A stretch of DNA of 64,000 bases from Epithemia pelagica (lineage: Eukaryota > Protista > Bacillariophyta): contig OX337242.1 of NCBI GenBank assembly GCA_946965045.2, positions 1,240,001 to 1,304,000 on the forward strand. Reading direction: 5' to 3'. The notes below the pieces were generated by a model that ran no database searches, was not told where the DNA came from, and saw nothing but the letters and a program-made list of their open reading frames with translations. The translations under genes and the position numbers were made by a program. Each line of letters opens with the position of its first letter. Positions within the stretch are counted from its first letter, which is position 1. This document shows, piece after piece, positions 23,198-35,375 of this stretch.

Positions 23198-23710
23198 TTA
23201 TTTGCCATAGGTGTCGAAGAGGAAGTCACCGTCATGTTGTTGAGTCTCGGCAAAGTCGAACGAAAGATCGCTGTCTACAGCAGTTCCACGGGAAGATGCA
23301 CTCTTGAGGCTACGTATGGAGGCGGTGCTCAGGGTGGATAAACGGGACGAAGGCTTCTGATTGTCTTCAGGGATGGGGCTGATCTCATCAGCAAACTTGA
23401 TCTTGGAATGGCGCACTGGAGTGTTGCTCCCTCCGTTCGATCCATGTTCCAGGAAATCGTCTCTCATCTTGAGGATTGATGATCGACTCATTTCCACACC
23501 AATTGCATCACACCCGAGCAAGATCTCCTTCTTCTTCTCCGTATCTACGGCTTTCGCATTGTCGTCGTTGTTGTTGTTCTTGTTGTTCTTGTGGGCACCT
23601 TTTTGGGTTGGGCGCATAGTGGGTTTGGATGCACCAGTTGTGACAACACTTTTGGTCGTACGGCCTTGGAGCCTCGCACTAACACGGCGCTTGTCGATGT
23701 AGAGCGACAT
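23198..23710 (-). CDS. Cargo ORF, unknown function (basic, Ser-rich)
   Basis: 170-aa ATG-started ORF; no domain recognised. Confidence 0.45.
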   Translation of the reverse strand: MSLYIDKRRVSARLQGRTTKSVVTTGASKPTMRPTQKGAHKNNKNNNNDDNAKAVDTEKKKEILLGCDAIGVEMSRSSILKMRDDFLEHGSNGGSNTPVRHSKIKFADEISPIPEDNQKPSSRLSTLSTASIRSLKSASSRGTAVDSDLSFDFAETQQHDGDFLFDTYGK

Positions 23711-24199
23711 GTCTTTCTTTCTTTGTCCTTGCTTTTGTCGTCTGTTTTCTTTTCCTTGCTGTCCTTTATGCCTTTATGGGAAGGTTGCTCTTGTTATTTG
23801 ATTGATGATCGACCAGTCGTCTCACATTAAAATCTTGTCGCGCTGTAAATTGTGGAGGGCACGCGCTTCAACGGATGGAACTTTTCTTAAGCATATCGTC
23901 ACGTTGTTTTAATTAATCCCGAGTGGCAATTGTAGAAAGTCCCCACCGTTTCCCCCAAACCACAACTGCATTTTTATGCATGCCGACTGGATACCACGGA
24001 CGTGTTCGTCCTTTCGTGCAGAGAGGAGAGAATTGATCGGCCATCTGAGTGGCAAGCTCCTCTAACTAAATACTTTTCATTTGACAATCCAATAAGGAGT
24101 AGGAAAAGAGGTAAGTGCCTATCTCAAACTTGTTTTGCACTGTGCGACTCATCGCGTCTCACCCTTCATATTTTCTACATTTACGATGGACGAAGGACG

Positions 24200-24736
24200 A
24201 TGTCGGAATACGAGCACGAATCGCGCAATAGACTTCTCCTTGCAAATGGGTTCAACGTGATGCAAGATGACGGGAGCGAGATTCAGCTCCATGGTAGCCG
24301 AGCAACGATCTATGGCGAAGCGGGCGTGAATGTGTACGTCCAAGACGCCGCTCGTGATGGGAAAGGTGGAAAGGGGACGCTTGTGGTGGATCGAGGTGTC
24401 GTTCTTTTACAGCGCTCCAAGTACAGGAGCAACGGTGGGATGCTATCAATTAGCGCATTTGGTCGGGAGAAGATGGATGATTCGATGCCTGATGTCGTCA
24501 TCCCAGTCGGATCGATCTACAAGAAAATACGCTCCAAGAAGTTCCGTTCCAAGAGCGGTTCCCTTGTCAAAGGAGAGCTCACGATTGAAACGGCTCATTC
24601 TTTGGATACCAAGATGGCCATGGGGCCCATGGTCATTACTGTGCGGATGAGTGTTGTTGGGATGGCTACGTTCATGTCACTTTTTGATAAAGCGACAGAG
24701 ACGTGGCCCCATCAGGAGAGCGTTCGAACCTATTAG
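24200..24736 (+). CDS. Cargo ORF, unknown function (178 aa from the first plausible ATG)
   Basis: Globular-looking, beta-rich ORF convergent with the transposase. Confidence 0.5.
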   Translation: MSEYEHESRNRLLLANGFNVMQDDGSEIQLHGSRATIYGEAGVNVYVQDAARDGKGGKGTLVVDRGVVLLQRSKYRSNGGMLSISAFGREKMDDSMPDVVIPVGSIYKKIRSKKFRSKSGSLVKGELTIETAHSLDTKMAMGPMVITVRMSVVGMATFMSLFDKATETWPHQESVRTY

Positions 24737-24867
24737 TCGTAGGATCCCATAGCATATTACACTTGAGTACTAAGATTTCGATGTTACTAAGCTCCTAATC
24801 ATAATTTATTAATATGCAAAGACATGAAACAATGTAGAGTCGACCTGGTTCTCATGTTCGGGACAAA

Positions 24868-27800
24868 TCAGTTGTGGTTTTCCTTTTGGCTTGCCGCAAT
24901 AACACGGCACATGTGCTCTTCAAGGCAAGTCCGCACTTGGTCGGGACGAATACCCATGGAGGGCTTACACAAAGGAACTCCAACTTTGGCTTCCCCGCAA
25001 AACATCTTGATTATATTGCAGCATGTTGGATGCCCGCACATTGATCTCGTGTCATTTTTACAAATAACACATTTGCGCTTCACGGGCCGCTGGTCAGATA
25101 AAGACTTTTCTGCCTGTTCCACAACCTCATGACAAACCAGTGAATCATTGGTCAGATCAGACACCATGGAGTTAGGAGATGCATTCCCCCCCACATTGTG
25201 CACGCTCGATGGCACAGAAGTTGAGGGCCCAACAGTGTGTACCGAAAGCGGCGGACGACGTGTCACTGGGATGTTTGGTAACATGCCCGCCTTTCGATTG
25301 CTGCGATCATCGGAAAAGTTGTTTCTCAAAAGGTCGTTTGCGAGCATATCCGCGAAGTCTTCGATCGTAAAGCTCGAGAATGGTTCCGCTTGCAGATGAA
25401 AACGCATGCCAAGGTAACAATCAGACACTGTCATTCCGAACACCGTTGTCGCAATGCGAAACCATGGATCAACTGTTCTCCAGTACTGCTCGAGACGGAG
25501 GATGCCCTGACGCAGATGATTGTGACGGTCAATTTTATTCGCACACTTGAAGTACTGGGAAATACAGTCAGGCCGTTCGACTCTCCGGCTTTTGACATTG
25601 CCGAACTCATCGGTAAATCGAGCAATGTACGGACATCCCGGGATCGTTTTCCCCGCATTTTTAGTCATAACAAAGAGGAGGACTTTCCGTGAGTTGTACT
25701 TGTATCCGATTCCAACAAGCTTTACTCCCGTCTCAGGTGCCGTGCACTCCATGACGAGATAGGCGCCGGATGGGAAGTCCTTCATCTCCTTCTCAAGTTC
25801 GTCCTTGGGGAACCAAGAGTGGGCGGTCTTGACGGCACCAATCACTTCGTGGGCGTCTGGGTTGACCCCTTTCTCCTTATCCACGTAATACACGAGACCA
25901 TCATCATCGTCGTCCTCCGTCTGCTCGTGCCACGTACACTTGAGGTTCTCGGCCATCTTGACACTTCCAAACCAAGAGTCTCCGATATAGAGGCATCGCT
26001 TGGAATCGAGTTGGGATTCATAGCGACCATTTAATTGCTGCCCTGAGTATTGCGAGCCCTCAATCAGTCGCAGAGTTGTCGCTCCAGTTACTCCCAAACC
26101 ATCAACATACTTCTTCGCACGCATCGGGAGTCTGCCTTCTTGGATTTCAAGAAAGGTCAGACACCCAGTCGCAGTGTCTGCAGTCACCTGTCAAGGGAAT
26201 ATCACACAGTGAGTAACAAAGCTTCTGGAAATATCCTCTTCTCCATTTACTCACCTTGAATTCAGTTCCAAGAGGTTTGGGCTTCCGTGCCACGTAAGAC
26301 AGATGTGGCAACAATGATGACTTGGTTGTCCGTGGTTGAAATGCACTCATGCATTCATCAAGCACTTGTGTCGCGGATGCTGCGACTACGCCTCGGCGAT
26401 TCTGATTAAAGCCGTCAATCAATGGACGGATTTCATTCCAGGGGTCAGTGGAGTCCCGTCCCGCAAAGGCATGCCTGAGATGCTCTTTGATATCCATGAA
26501 CCGACTCTCAGCAATAAAGTTTTCGCCTTTTGTACCGAGATTCACTGTGGACGACAGCCGTCGTTGTTCAGGCTTCTGGAAAAGAGCCTTTCCTCCCTTT
26601 TTGAGGGGATTGGCAGAGAGGATCACTCCCCATACAACCCACCATTCTTTCTCTGTCACGGGTCGAATCTTCTTCTTTTTATGGCGAGAAGGGTTTGTTC
26701 GCTCTAAGAATAAATTAAGGTTTTTTAGCTGATCACGCCAATTTCCTGTAATGGATGAGCAAATCGATAGAAAAATGAGACATGGACTAAAGGGCATTCA
26801 AGAAAAAGAGTGCTGACTTACCAGGCCAGAAATGAATCAACAAGTCAAGAAAGGGGTACTTGTACTCAATATTATCTGCGCTAATTTCGTACGGAGCCAT
26901 TTTCCCCAAAAAGTCGAAGCCTATAATTCCAACAGCCTCTTGGTATTCGGTGACTGACTCATCGGGAGACGAATCCCGTACAATCTTCCATACGAAAGTT
27001 CGGTTGTCGTTGGGCTTTCGGAGTTGGGTATGCTTGATATCTATGGTCGCTTCCTCATCTCCATCAAAATGCACCGTCCACAGGTTTCCTTGAGTAGCAT
27101 CTGGATCCTTTCTTCCGCTGATGACTATCCCGTATCGAGGATTCGCACCCCTCTCGGAAACTCTATCCCCGACCTCAATCCCTTTCTTCTTTGGAGGTTT
27201 CATGGTCACTTTCCAGTTGGACGTAATGAGATGCTGTTTTCGAGCCCTATAGGCCGCAAATCTCTGACGGTGAATGTCGTCGTCTTGTTCAACAAGGGCC
27301 CCGAGAGCCATTGCCTTGGCTTGCTCAGCCCCCTCATTCTCAAGATCTGCATCAAGCTCCGTTGGATCTTCAGCGGCTTCATTATCCGCTGCTGCAACCG
27401 ACGAGTCATCCTCATCGGCGGCGGCAGCGGCCGCTGCCTCGGCAATAACAGCAGCACCACCTTCCTCTTCATCATTTGCATTGCCTTCATTGGTTGGGGG
27501 CCCGTGGTCTACATTCTCCGCTTCCGCAGCTTGCGCTATGATGTTCGGATCGTCTTCGTCTTGGTCCACATCTGTCAAAATCGGTGGGTGAATTGTACTC
27601 GCTTCCGTGACGGTGGCTCAGCTCCTGTCGTTGTCGTTGTTGTTGCCGCGGCCTCGGTTGCGGTTGCGGTTACGGCCACGGTCTCCGTTGCAGTTGCGGC
27701 CACGGTCTCGGTTGCAGTTGCAGTTGCGGTTGTGGTTGTTGTTGTTGTTGTTGTTGTTGCGGCTGCGGTTGCGGTTGCAGTTGCGGTCTCGGTTGCGGCT

Positions 27801-28330
27801 GCGGCTGCGGTTGTGGTTGTGGTTGTGGTTGTTGTTGCGGCTGCGGCTGCGGCTGCGGTTGCGGTTGCAGTTGCGGTCTCGGTTGCGGCTGCGGCTGCGG
27901 TTGTGGTTGTGGTTGTGGTTGTTGTTGCGGCTGCGGCTGCGGCTGCGGTTGCGGTTGCAGTTGCGGTCTCGGTTGCGGCTGCGGCTGCGGTTGTGGTTGT
28001 GGTTGTTGTTGCGGCTGCGGCTGCGGTTGCGGTTGCGGTTACGGCCACGGTCTCGGTTGCGGCTGCGGTTGTGCTTACGGCTGTTTCATCTGGGTCCGGT
28101 ACGGGTTCCCCAGGAAAGCGCTCATCTTTCTTTATTTTCCGTAGTCTCTTGGACGTGGCTTCTTCTATCTGGTCAGTAGGATTGCCTTGCCTGTCTACTA
28201 CAGCAACACGCCACTTTTGCAAATCAAGGGCCTCAATAATAATACATGCCCTGTCTCCTTGTCGTATGTAGCATTTCGTTCCAACTCCTAAAGGTGCTTT
28301 CTGATCTTTCGCCTTCTGCGTCGTGGGCAT
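24868..28330 (-). CDS. piggyBac-family DDD transposase (~1,100 aa), 2 introns, 1 frameshift at ~27590
   Basis: VLDECM, RKPKPLGTEFK, IGDSWFGS and KIDRHNHLRQG motifs; C-terminal Cys-rich domain. In-phase GT-AG introns at 26746-26821 and 26188-26254. Confidence 0.9.
27630..28080. repeat. Coding Ala/Thr microsatellite-derived repeat in the transposase N-terminus
   Basis: GTT/GCG/GTTGCG arrays with a higher-order repeat unit. Confidence 0.9.
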
Positions 28331-28711
28331 CTTTGATTATCTTTCTCTACCGCTTTGTCTCGCGTCTCTATTCTGAGCAAGACAATTTCCATCGTGGGTC
28401 GAAAGCAAATTTTCGATTTGGAAACATGGTTGTTGAATGAACTGTGGATCGATGTTGGAGGGAAAACCTCTCAGTTTGTGACGCAGTCGCATCAGTCAAC
28501 ATACCGAAAAATGTGCCTAATGCAGTCGCAGCAGTCAACGCACCAAAAATGTGGCTTTGCCATGCGCACAGGGCATAAGTAAGTTTGTATTCTCAAAAGC
28601 GTTACTCAATTTTAGTTCAAGTCAACTGTGGATCGTGGTGTTTCGTCGCGTTTCAAGTGTTCGACCGACGAAGGAAACCTTTTGTCGAACACGAGAATAA
28701 AACGATAAACG

Positions 28712-28772
28712 ATGCCAACGAGGTTTGATACTCTTTTGGATGCTGTAGACACTGTCTCACAGGCAGCCGCAC

Positions 28773-28813
<41 letters not shown>

Positions 28814-31402
28814 ACAGCAGCAGCAGCAGCAACAGCAGCAACAGCAGCAACAGCAGCAACAGCAGCAACAGCAGCAACAGCAGCAACAGCAGCAACAGCA
28901 GACGAAGCGCCCGAAGAGGAGATGACAACAACGAAGGAAGCGACACCAACAGCGGGTCATCATCGGTTTCTTTCGGACGCAGATCTTGCTATGGTGACCG
29001 AAAATAGGATTGCGGAGAGTCGTCGAGGCAATCTGAAGGATGATAGTGACAAAGCCTACAGCGTCACGCACCGTGCGGTGAGTCAGCGCCTCGTTGACCG
29101 ACGTAAAGAGGCCTACAGGACCGCCGTCGCAGCAGTGAAGCGCATTAAGAGCTCTACGCGAGATCCGCATACCAATTTCATCCAAGGACTCACACATCTG
29201 GCCTCTACAATCCACGAAAGTGATGTGCTTCTCAACGCATACGTAACATTTTCGGTGAAAGCTGCTCCCATTCGGAAATCAGGGACAGGTATCAAGAAGG
29301 AGGTCGATGAGTACGGTGTCGAACTCGGAACAAATGCACCGAGATCTGTGGGAATTGGGATTCCGTTGAAGCAACACCGAGGGAAAAAAATGAACGTTTT
29401 CCCGAATGTCAGTTTCACGCTCGACCATGACCCGGAGTTCAACATTATGCTGGGAAAAACACCTCTCTTTGTTGTGAAGAAGTCGAAGGTCAAAGTCAAA
29501 GACGGAAAAGACGGTGGATTTGGTATTTTTGCAGCGCAGGAATACAAAGAAGGAGAGGTGATAGGTGTCTATGCAGGACAGGATGTAACAACAAAACTTG
29601 TCCCGCGGAGCGAGTACTCGCTTCAATTTGGAGCCGACGATGAACCACGCACCGTTCAACCTGACAACGAGAACTATTTTTTCATGGGATTCCATCTGAG
29701 CAACGATCCCTACTACGACCTCTACGACAAGGGTGAAGTCCCCAACGAAGCAGATGAAATGTACAACATTAAAGTGGAAAAAAATCTTCTCGTCCGCGCA
29801 ATCAGGGACATCGACGAGGGCAAAGAGTGTTTCTTGTTCTACAACATCACCCAGGAGAATGCAATGCAAGCTTCATCATACATCCCTCGCGAGGGCGCAG
29901 GAAAGAAGCGTGGTAGATCCACTGGCGGGGAAGAGAGCAAAGATTTGCCGGGAAAGAAGAAGAACAAGAAGAAGCCAAATACACGTCGTTCTGGTGAGGC
30001 GGATTCTCCAGTGCAGCTCTCTGAACATGGTCCGGTGGATGATGCTCCTGTTGTTTTTCCGATTCCTCAGGTCACTACTCCTGCCATTGCTGCCACTGCG
30101 ACTGCCCCTGTTCCTCTTGGTTCCCCTCCTCCAGCCCGTGGTCTTGTCCCTGCTCACGACCATCAAACCTACGGCCAATCTCCTCCGTACCAACATCCAC
30201 AGCAGCCTCCACCGTACTATCATCCTCCACGCCAACCTCCTCTGTACCAATCTCCTCCCCACTATCAGCAGTCCGCATTCGCGTCGGTGCACTACCCAGG
30301 GCAAAGTCAGCCTCATTACTCGCCGGCCTACGGGCAGCCACCTTATGGAGAATATGGGCAGGTACCACCACAGCCCATTCATCCTTCCCATCACCCGGTA
30401 ATCCATCATCTCTCCAGTCCGGGAGGATCGGCAGCTCCGTCACTCGAGCGCATTGAAGATTCCGTCGTCAAACAAGCAACTACAGAGCAGCAAGTGAAGG
30501 AACTGCACCGGAAGCATGCCCATTTGTTGGTCGATCTCGAGGGTGACCGCCGAGGACGTTTTGTGGTGGTTGCGAAGGAGCTGCTTGATATGTTGCGTCT
30601 ACCGTGGTGTCTCGGAACGGACAGGCACGGAAAGGACAAGATCACGAAGAGGATGCAAGGGGTTCAAAACTTCTCGAAGCAAATTCAAATGCGCATGCAG
30701 GAAAATGAAGGTTTTGTGATGAGCCATGACTTTAGCGCCTACTCTAAGGACGAGCTAGCTGCAATGACGAAGAATTTCAAGACAGTTCTCGCTCAAGCCC
30801 TTGTGGAGATGGGCTACGCAGCAGACGTCTCGTTTGCGGACGGAATCCAGATTCACCTGTCCTATATCAAGACCGAAGAGCCAAAAGTCCAAGAGCCGCA
30901 CCTGGACTTCATGTGGGAAGTTGTCACGCCGAGTTCCAATGACCTTTTGCCCGGTGAGAGCCCGAGATCGAAAGGAGTGACAACTCGGGGAGTGGGAAAG
31001 AAAAAGGCACCGTTCAAAGAACGTGTCCCGTTTGTTGTCTTCATGCCCCTGACGGAAGCCGGCATGGCCGTGGAAATATGGCAGCATCGTAACAACCACA
31101 CTGCCAAACTCCATCAGCTGGGTGAGGTGGTTGAGATCCCTTATGGAACGATGCTGCTTACGCGAGGCGATACCGTTCACGCGGGAGGCTTCGTGAATGG
31201 TACCCAAGGTGATCCACGTGCCCATTTCTACGTGTACCAAGGACGCAATGAGACTGTCCATACATACCCACCCAGAAACAACTATGAATTACCGACCGAA
31301 TATAAGATGAATGATCGTCTCGCAAAATTCTACAAGCACGGTCACAACATCCCTTACTCCTCACCAACGAAAGTGCTCGGTGGACTCGATTTGAACAATT
31401 GA
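28712..31402 (+). CDS. Cargo: SET domain + C-terminal 2OG-Fe(II) dioxygenase-like fusion protein (896 aa)
   Basis: SET motifs GFGIFAAQEYKEGEVIGVYAG, GFHLSNDP and RAIRDIDEGKECFLFY. Dioxygenase HxD...H...R motifs QEPHLD, GDTVHAGG and DPRAHFY. Confidence 0.8.
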
Positions 31403-31909
31403 GACTTATTAGTTTATAGCTGCATGTAATACTTTAGTTCATTGTTGTGTTGAATGAGCTCTCGGACATGGTTTCTTGTCTCTCTTGTCTCTCGTCACTT
31501 GTGTCTGCGATCTCGATCAGTTGACTTGCAATAAAATTCATCTGTGGATTGGGGGAAATTTGGGGGACGTGTGACATATTCCCTCCAACTCTCCTCCGAC
31601 TACCCATGCTATGCCTGGCTATCATGCTGATGAGCGACCGAAAGATACGACGCCCTCAAGTAAGCACTCTAGCGCTCGAAAATTTATGGAGAGAAGGAGT
31701 GAATTATACACTATTGATCTATATAGAATAGTGTTCGAAGAGTTGACGCTTGGGAGTCATTGGTTACTTGGTGGCATCGCCTTCCCAAAAAATTCCGAAC
31801 AAGCAGCCACAAAACAAAAGATCTTCTCCCTCCCAACACTTTCATTGACTGGTACGGGGCGGGATTCGATTCGTCGGTCCTCAGTCCTGCCATCACTTGC
31901 AGTAAAAGC

Positions 31910-32473
31910 ATGTCGTCGCCATCGCTGTCTGATGCGGCCATCATTGCCGAACTTGTAGGACGAGTCTTGTTGGAAATGGACGCCATGCGGAGCAACCACA
32001 ACGAAGGACGACAAGCCCAAGCAGAAGAAGAAGATGAAGATGATGAAGATGATGATTATGAAGAAGAAGAAGAAGAAGAAGAAGATGATGATGATGATCA
32101 TGAAGAAGATTATGAAGAAGAAGAACAAGAAGAAGAAGAAGAAGAAGAAGCCCACCAAGATCCAGCTCCTGCCGCACCGCATCGTCACTTGATTGCGGCC
32201 TCCCCCAAGCCACACAACAAATTGCATCACAACCATGCGACGAGTCCGTTTCAACCATTCAAGCCACGACCAACCAAACGCTGCCGCCAACAAGATCCTC
32301 CCTGTGCCATCACCAAGGTCGATCGGAAACCTCGCTACAGTCGTGCCTCTTCTTTGTTTGTGCCGATCCCACACCGAGCCACCACGAAGGAAAAGGCACC
32401 GACTCATCACAAGCGCAAGAAGCCCAAGATTATGTTCTTCATTGACCTGTGCGATAGTTCTGAAGATGAATAG
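31910..32473 (+). CDS. Cargo ORF with a long acidic tract and basic C-terminus
   Basis: ATG at 31910; GAA/GAT repeat encodes poly-E/D. Confidence 0.5.
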   Translation: MSSPSLSDAAIIAELVGRVLLEMDAMRSNHNEGRQAQAEEEDEDDEDDDYEEEEEEEEDDDDDHEEDYEEEEQEEEEEEEAHQDPAPAAPHRHLIAASPKPHNKLHHNHATSPFQPFKPRPTKRCRQQDPPCAITKVDRKPRYSRASSLFVPIPHRATTKEKAPTHHKRKKPKIMFFIDLCDSSEDE

Positions 32474-32552
32474 TTGAGTAACTACATATAGTGCTGACGT
32501 TAGAAACAAGGCAAGACACTTGCTTCATTAGTTAAAAAAGTTTCTGCTTTAA

Positions 32553-35013
32553 GATCGATTCAATCTCAACAACCATGGCACCTACGCCAGATCTAAAGCT
32601 TGGGTAAGCTACTGTAGGAGCTAAACTAAGTGTCCATTGGGTAGGACGTGCAGAGAGCATATATTGAATGAGCCGCGTTGCGTCGTCGTTTGGTCAAAAT
32701 CTCATGTGGTCTGTGCCACGACGAGAAGTTGCCCATCGACGATCGCATCGCGCTCGACAACCATGGCACCTACGCCAGATCTAAAGCTTGGGTAAGCTAC
32801 TGTAGGAGCTAAACTAAGTGTCCATTGGGCAGGACGTGCAGAGAGCTTATATTGAACGAGCCGCGTCGCGTCGTCTTTTGGTCGAAATCTCATGTGGTCT
32901 ATGCCACGATGAGAAATTGTCCAACAACGATCGTATCGCGCTCGACCACCATGACCCCTACACCAGATCTGAGACTTCGGTAAGCTACTGTAGGAGCTAA
33001 ACCAAGTGTCCACAAAGTAGGATGAGCCGAGAGCTCATATTGAACAAGCCGCGTTGCGTCGTCTTTTGGTCAAAATCTCATGTGGTCTGTGCCACGACGA
33101 GAAATTGTCAAACAACGATCGCATTGCGCTCGACCACCATGACCCCTACGCCGGATCTGAGACTTCGGTAAGCTACTTTAGGGTCTACCCTAAATGGCCA
33201 TGAAGTACGACAAGCCGAGAGCTCATTTTGAACGAGCAGCGTTGCGTCGTCTTTTGGTCCAAAAACCTTGTGGTGCGTGGCACGACGAGAAATTGTCCAA
33301 CAACGATCGCTTCAAGGTTAACAACCATGGCCCCTACGCCGGCTCTGAAACTTGTAGAACCTAATGTAGTCTCAATAGTAACGGGCAAAAAAGTAGGACG
33401 TCCGGAGGGACCATGGTTGAATATTGGCATGGCATCGTCCATTGGTCCAAAATCCTTGTGCTCCGTGGCACGACGAATAATCGTCCATGGATGATCGCCT
33501 CGATCATGAGGACCATGGCCCCTAAGCCGGATCTGAGACTTGGGTAACCTAACTTAGTCTCTATAGTAACGGGCAAAAAAGTAGGACGTCCAGAGGAACC
33601 ATTGTCGAATATTGGCATGGCATCGTCCATTGGTCCAAAATCCTTGTGCTCCGTGGCACGACGAATGATTGTCCATGGATGATCGCCTCGATCATGAGGA
33701 CCATGGCCCCTACGCCGGATCTGAGACTTGTATAACCTAACTTAGTCTCTATAGTAACGGGCAAAAAAGTAGGACGTCTGGAGCGGCCATATCCATGGAG
33801 CCGGGTCTCGTCATCCTTTGGTCGAAAACTCGTGTTGTGTGTGATGCATCGAAAAGAAGCGTCCATCGATGGATGGCCTTTTCTCAATGGCCATATCACC
33901 GATGATCGATCTGATACCTCAGATCGCTAAAGTAGAGCCTAACATAAAAGACTACTAAGTAGGACGTCTGGAGCGGCCATATCCATGGAGCCGGGTCTCG
34001 TCATCCTTTGGTCGAAAACTCGTGTTGTGTGTGATGCATCGAAAAGAAGCGTCCATCGATGGATGGCCTTTTCTCAATGGCCATATCACCGATGATCAAT
34101 CTGATACCTCAGATCGCTAAAGTAGAGCCTAACATAAAAGACTACTAAGTAGGACGTCTGGAGCGGCCATATCCATGGAGCCGGGTCTCGTCATCCTTTG
34201 GTCAAAAACTCGTGTTGTGTGTGATGCGTCGAAAAGAAGCGTCCACCGATGGATGGCCTTTTCTCAATGGCCATACCACCGATGATCGATCTGATACCTC
34301 AGATCGCTAAAGTAGAGCCTAACATAAAAGACTACTAAGTGGGACGTCTGGAGCGGCCATATCCATGGAGCCGGGTCTCGTCATCCTTTGGTCGAAAACT
34401 CGTGTTGTGTGTGATGCATCGAAAAGAAGCGTCCATCGATGGATGGCCTTTTCTCAATGGCCATATCACCGATGATCGATCTGATACCTCAGATCGCTAA
34501 AGTAGAGCCTAACATAAAAGACTACTAAGTAGGACGTCTGGAGCGGCCGTATTCATGGAGCTGACTTCGACGAATGAGTAGGCTAATCTCATGTGGTCCG
34601 TGCCACGTCGAAAAATCGACGCAATGGTGTGGAAGCTCGTTTGCATCCTATGCCTGGGGATAGCCTATATGGGTCAATAGTGTTCTCATTTACACTAAGG
34701 TCGATAACATATTTTAATTTCATGGCAATTGGTCGAGTATTGGTGGAGAAATCGCATGGTGAATGTACCGGCCAATGGGCAATCTAGCGGCCAAATCGCA
34801 AAAAAAAAAAATGACCCTACAATGATGAGAGAGAACTCGATGACGATGGCAGATATGGAAAAAGTGCCCGGTGGGGACCTAAAGCATTGTATGAAGATGA
34901 TTTCTATCATCCCATTTCTATGGAGGTGCTATATTGAGCTAGTAATTGTTAAAGACCACCATGGTCATTTGGCCGCTAAAATGCAGGGTCTGGCCGTATC
35001 ACCCGTGAAGGCA
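32553..35013 (-). repeat. Right TIR: ~6.5 x 188-bp type C/B units + 4 x 190-bp type A units (33778-34547) + ~465 bp unique
   Basis: CTGGAGCGGC at 33778/33968/34158/34348/34538; CCATG(G/A)C..CTA unit every 188 bp from 32574 to 33702; reverse complement of the left TIR. Confidence 0.93.
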
Positions 35014-35375
35014 CTAGGTGCAAGAAGCAAGAAGGCGGGTAGGGGGTAGACTTGGTAGGGAGACGACGACACCGGGCGGAAAACCGCGCCTTTTGGTCTT
35101 GTTCCCGCGCATGCCATCTTGGAGGGAAGCGCGCGCGAAATGCCGCGCGTCCATCGCACGTGCACTCATCGGTCGCGTTTGGACAGACAACGGACGACGG
35201 CGAGATTCTGGTATGATGGTGGTAAGGACCACGCACGCTGCACCACAACACGTTGTGCGAATCTTCAATTGGGCATGGTTGTGTTCGTCGAATCACCTTC
35301 TCCATTGAATTGAATACTGCTTCCCTGGACACACATTTTATTCCTTGTGGGTTCAACCAAGGCAAATCTTGAGGA

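Larger units (their letters stand above)
20987..35013 (-). mobile_element. Giant (14,027 bp) piggyBac-like DNA transposon with cargo genes
   Basis: CTAG|TGCCTTCACGGGTG ... CACCCGTGAAGGCA|CTAG; inverted ends longer than 2 kb; internal piggyBac-type transposase. Confidence 0.9.

Noticed and set aside
27024-28271. Long plus-strand ORFs (poly-V/A, poly-LR)
   Set aside because: Antisense shadows of the Ala/Thr microsatellite in the transposase.
28653-29215. Poly-Cys and poly-Leu minus-strand ORFs
   Set aside because: Antisense frames of the (GCA/ACA)n repeat in the SET gene.
31757-32509. 250-aa poly-Phe/Ile 'membrane' ORF on the minus strand
   Set aside because: Antisense of the GAA/GAT acidic tract; the same applies to the shadows at 14770-15144 and 61339-61722.
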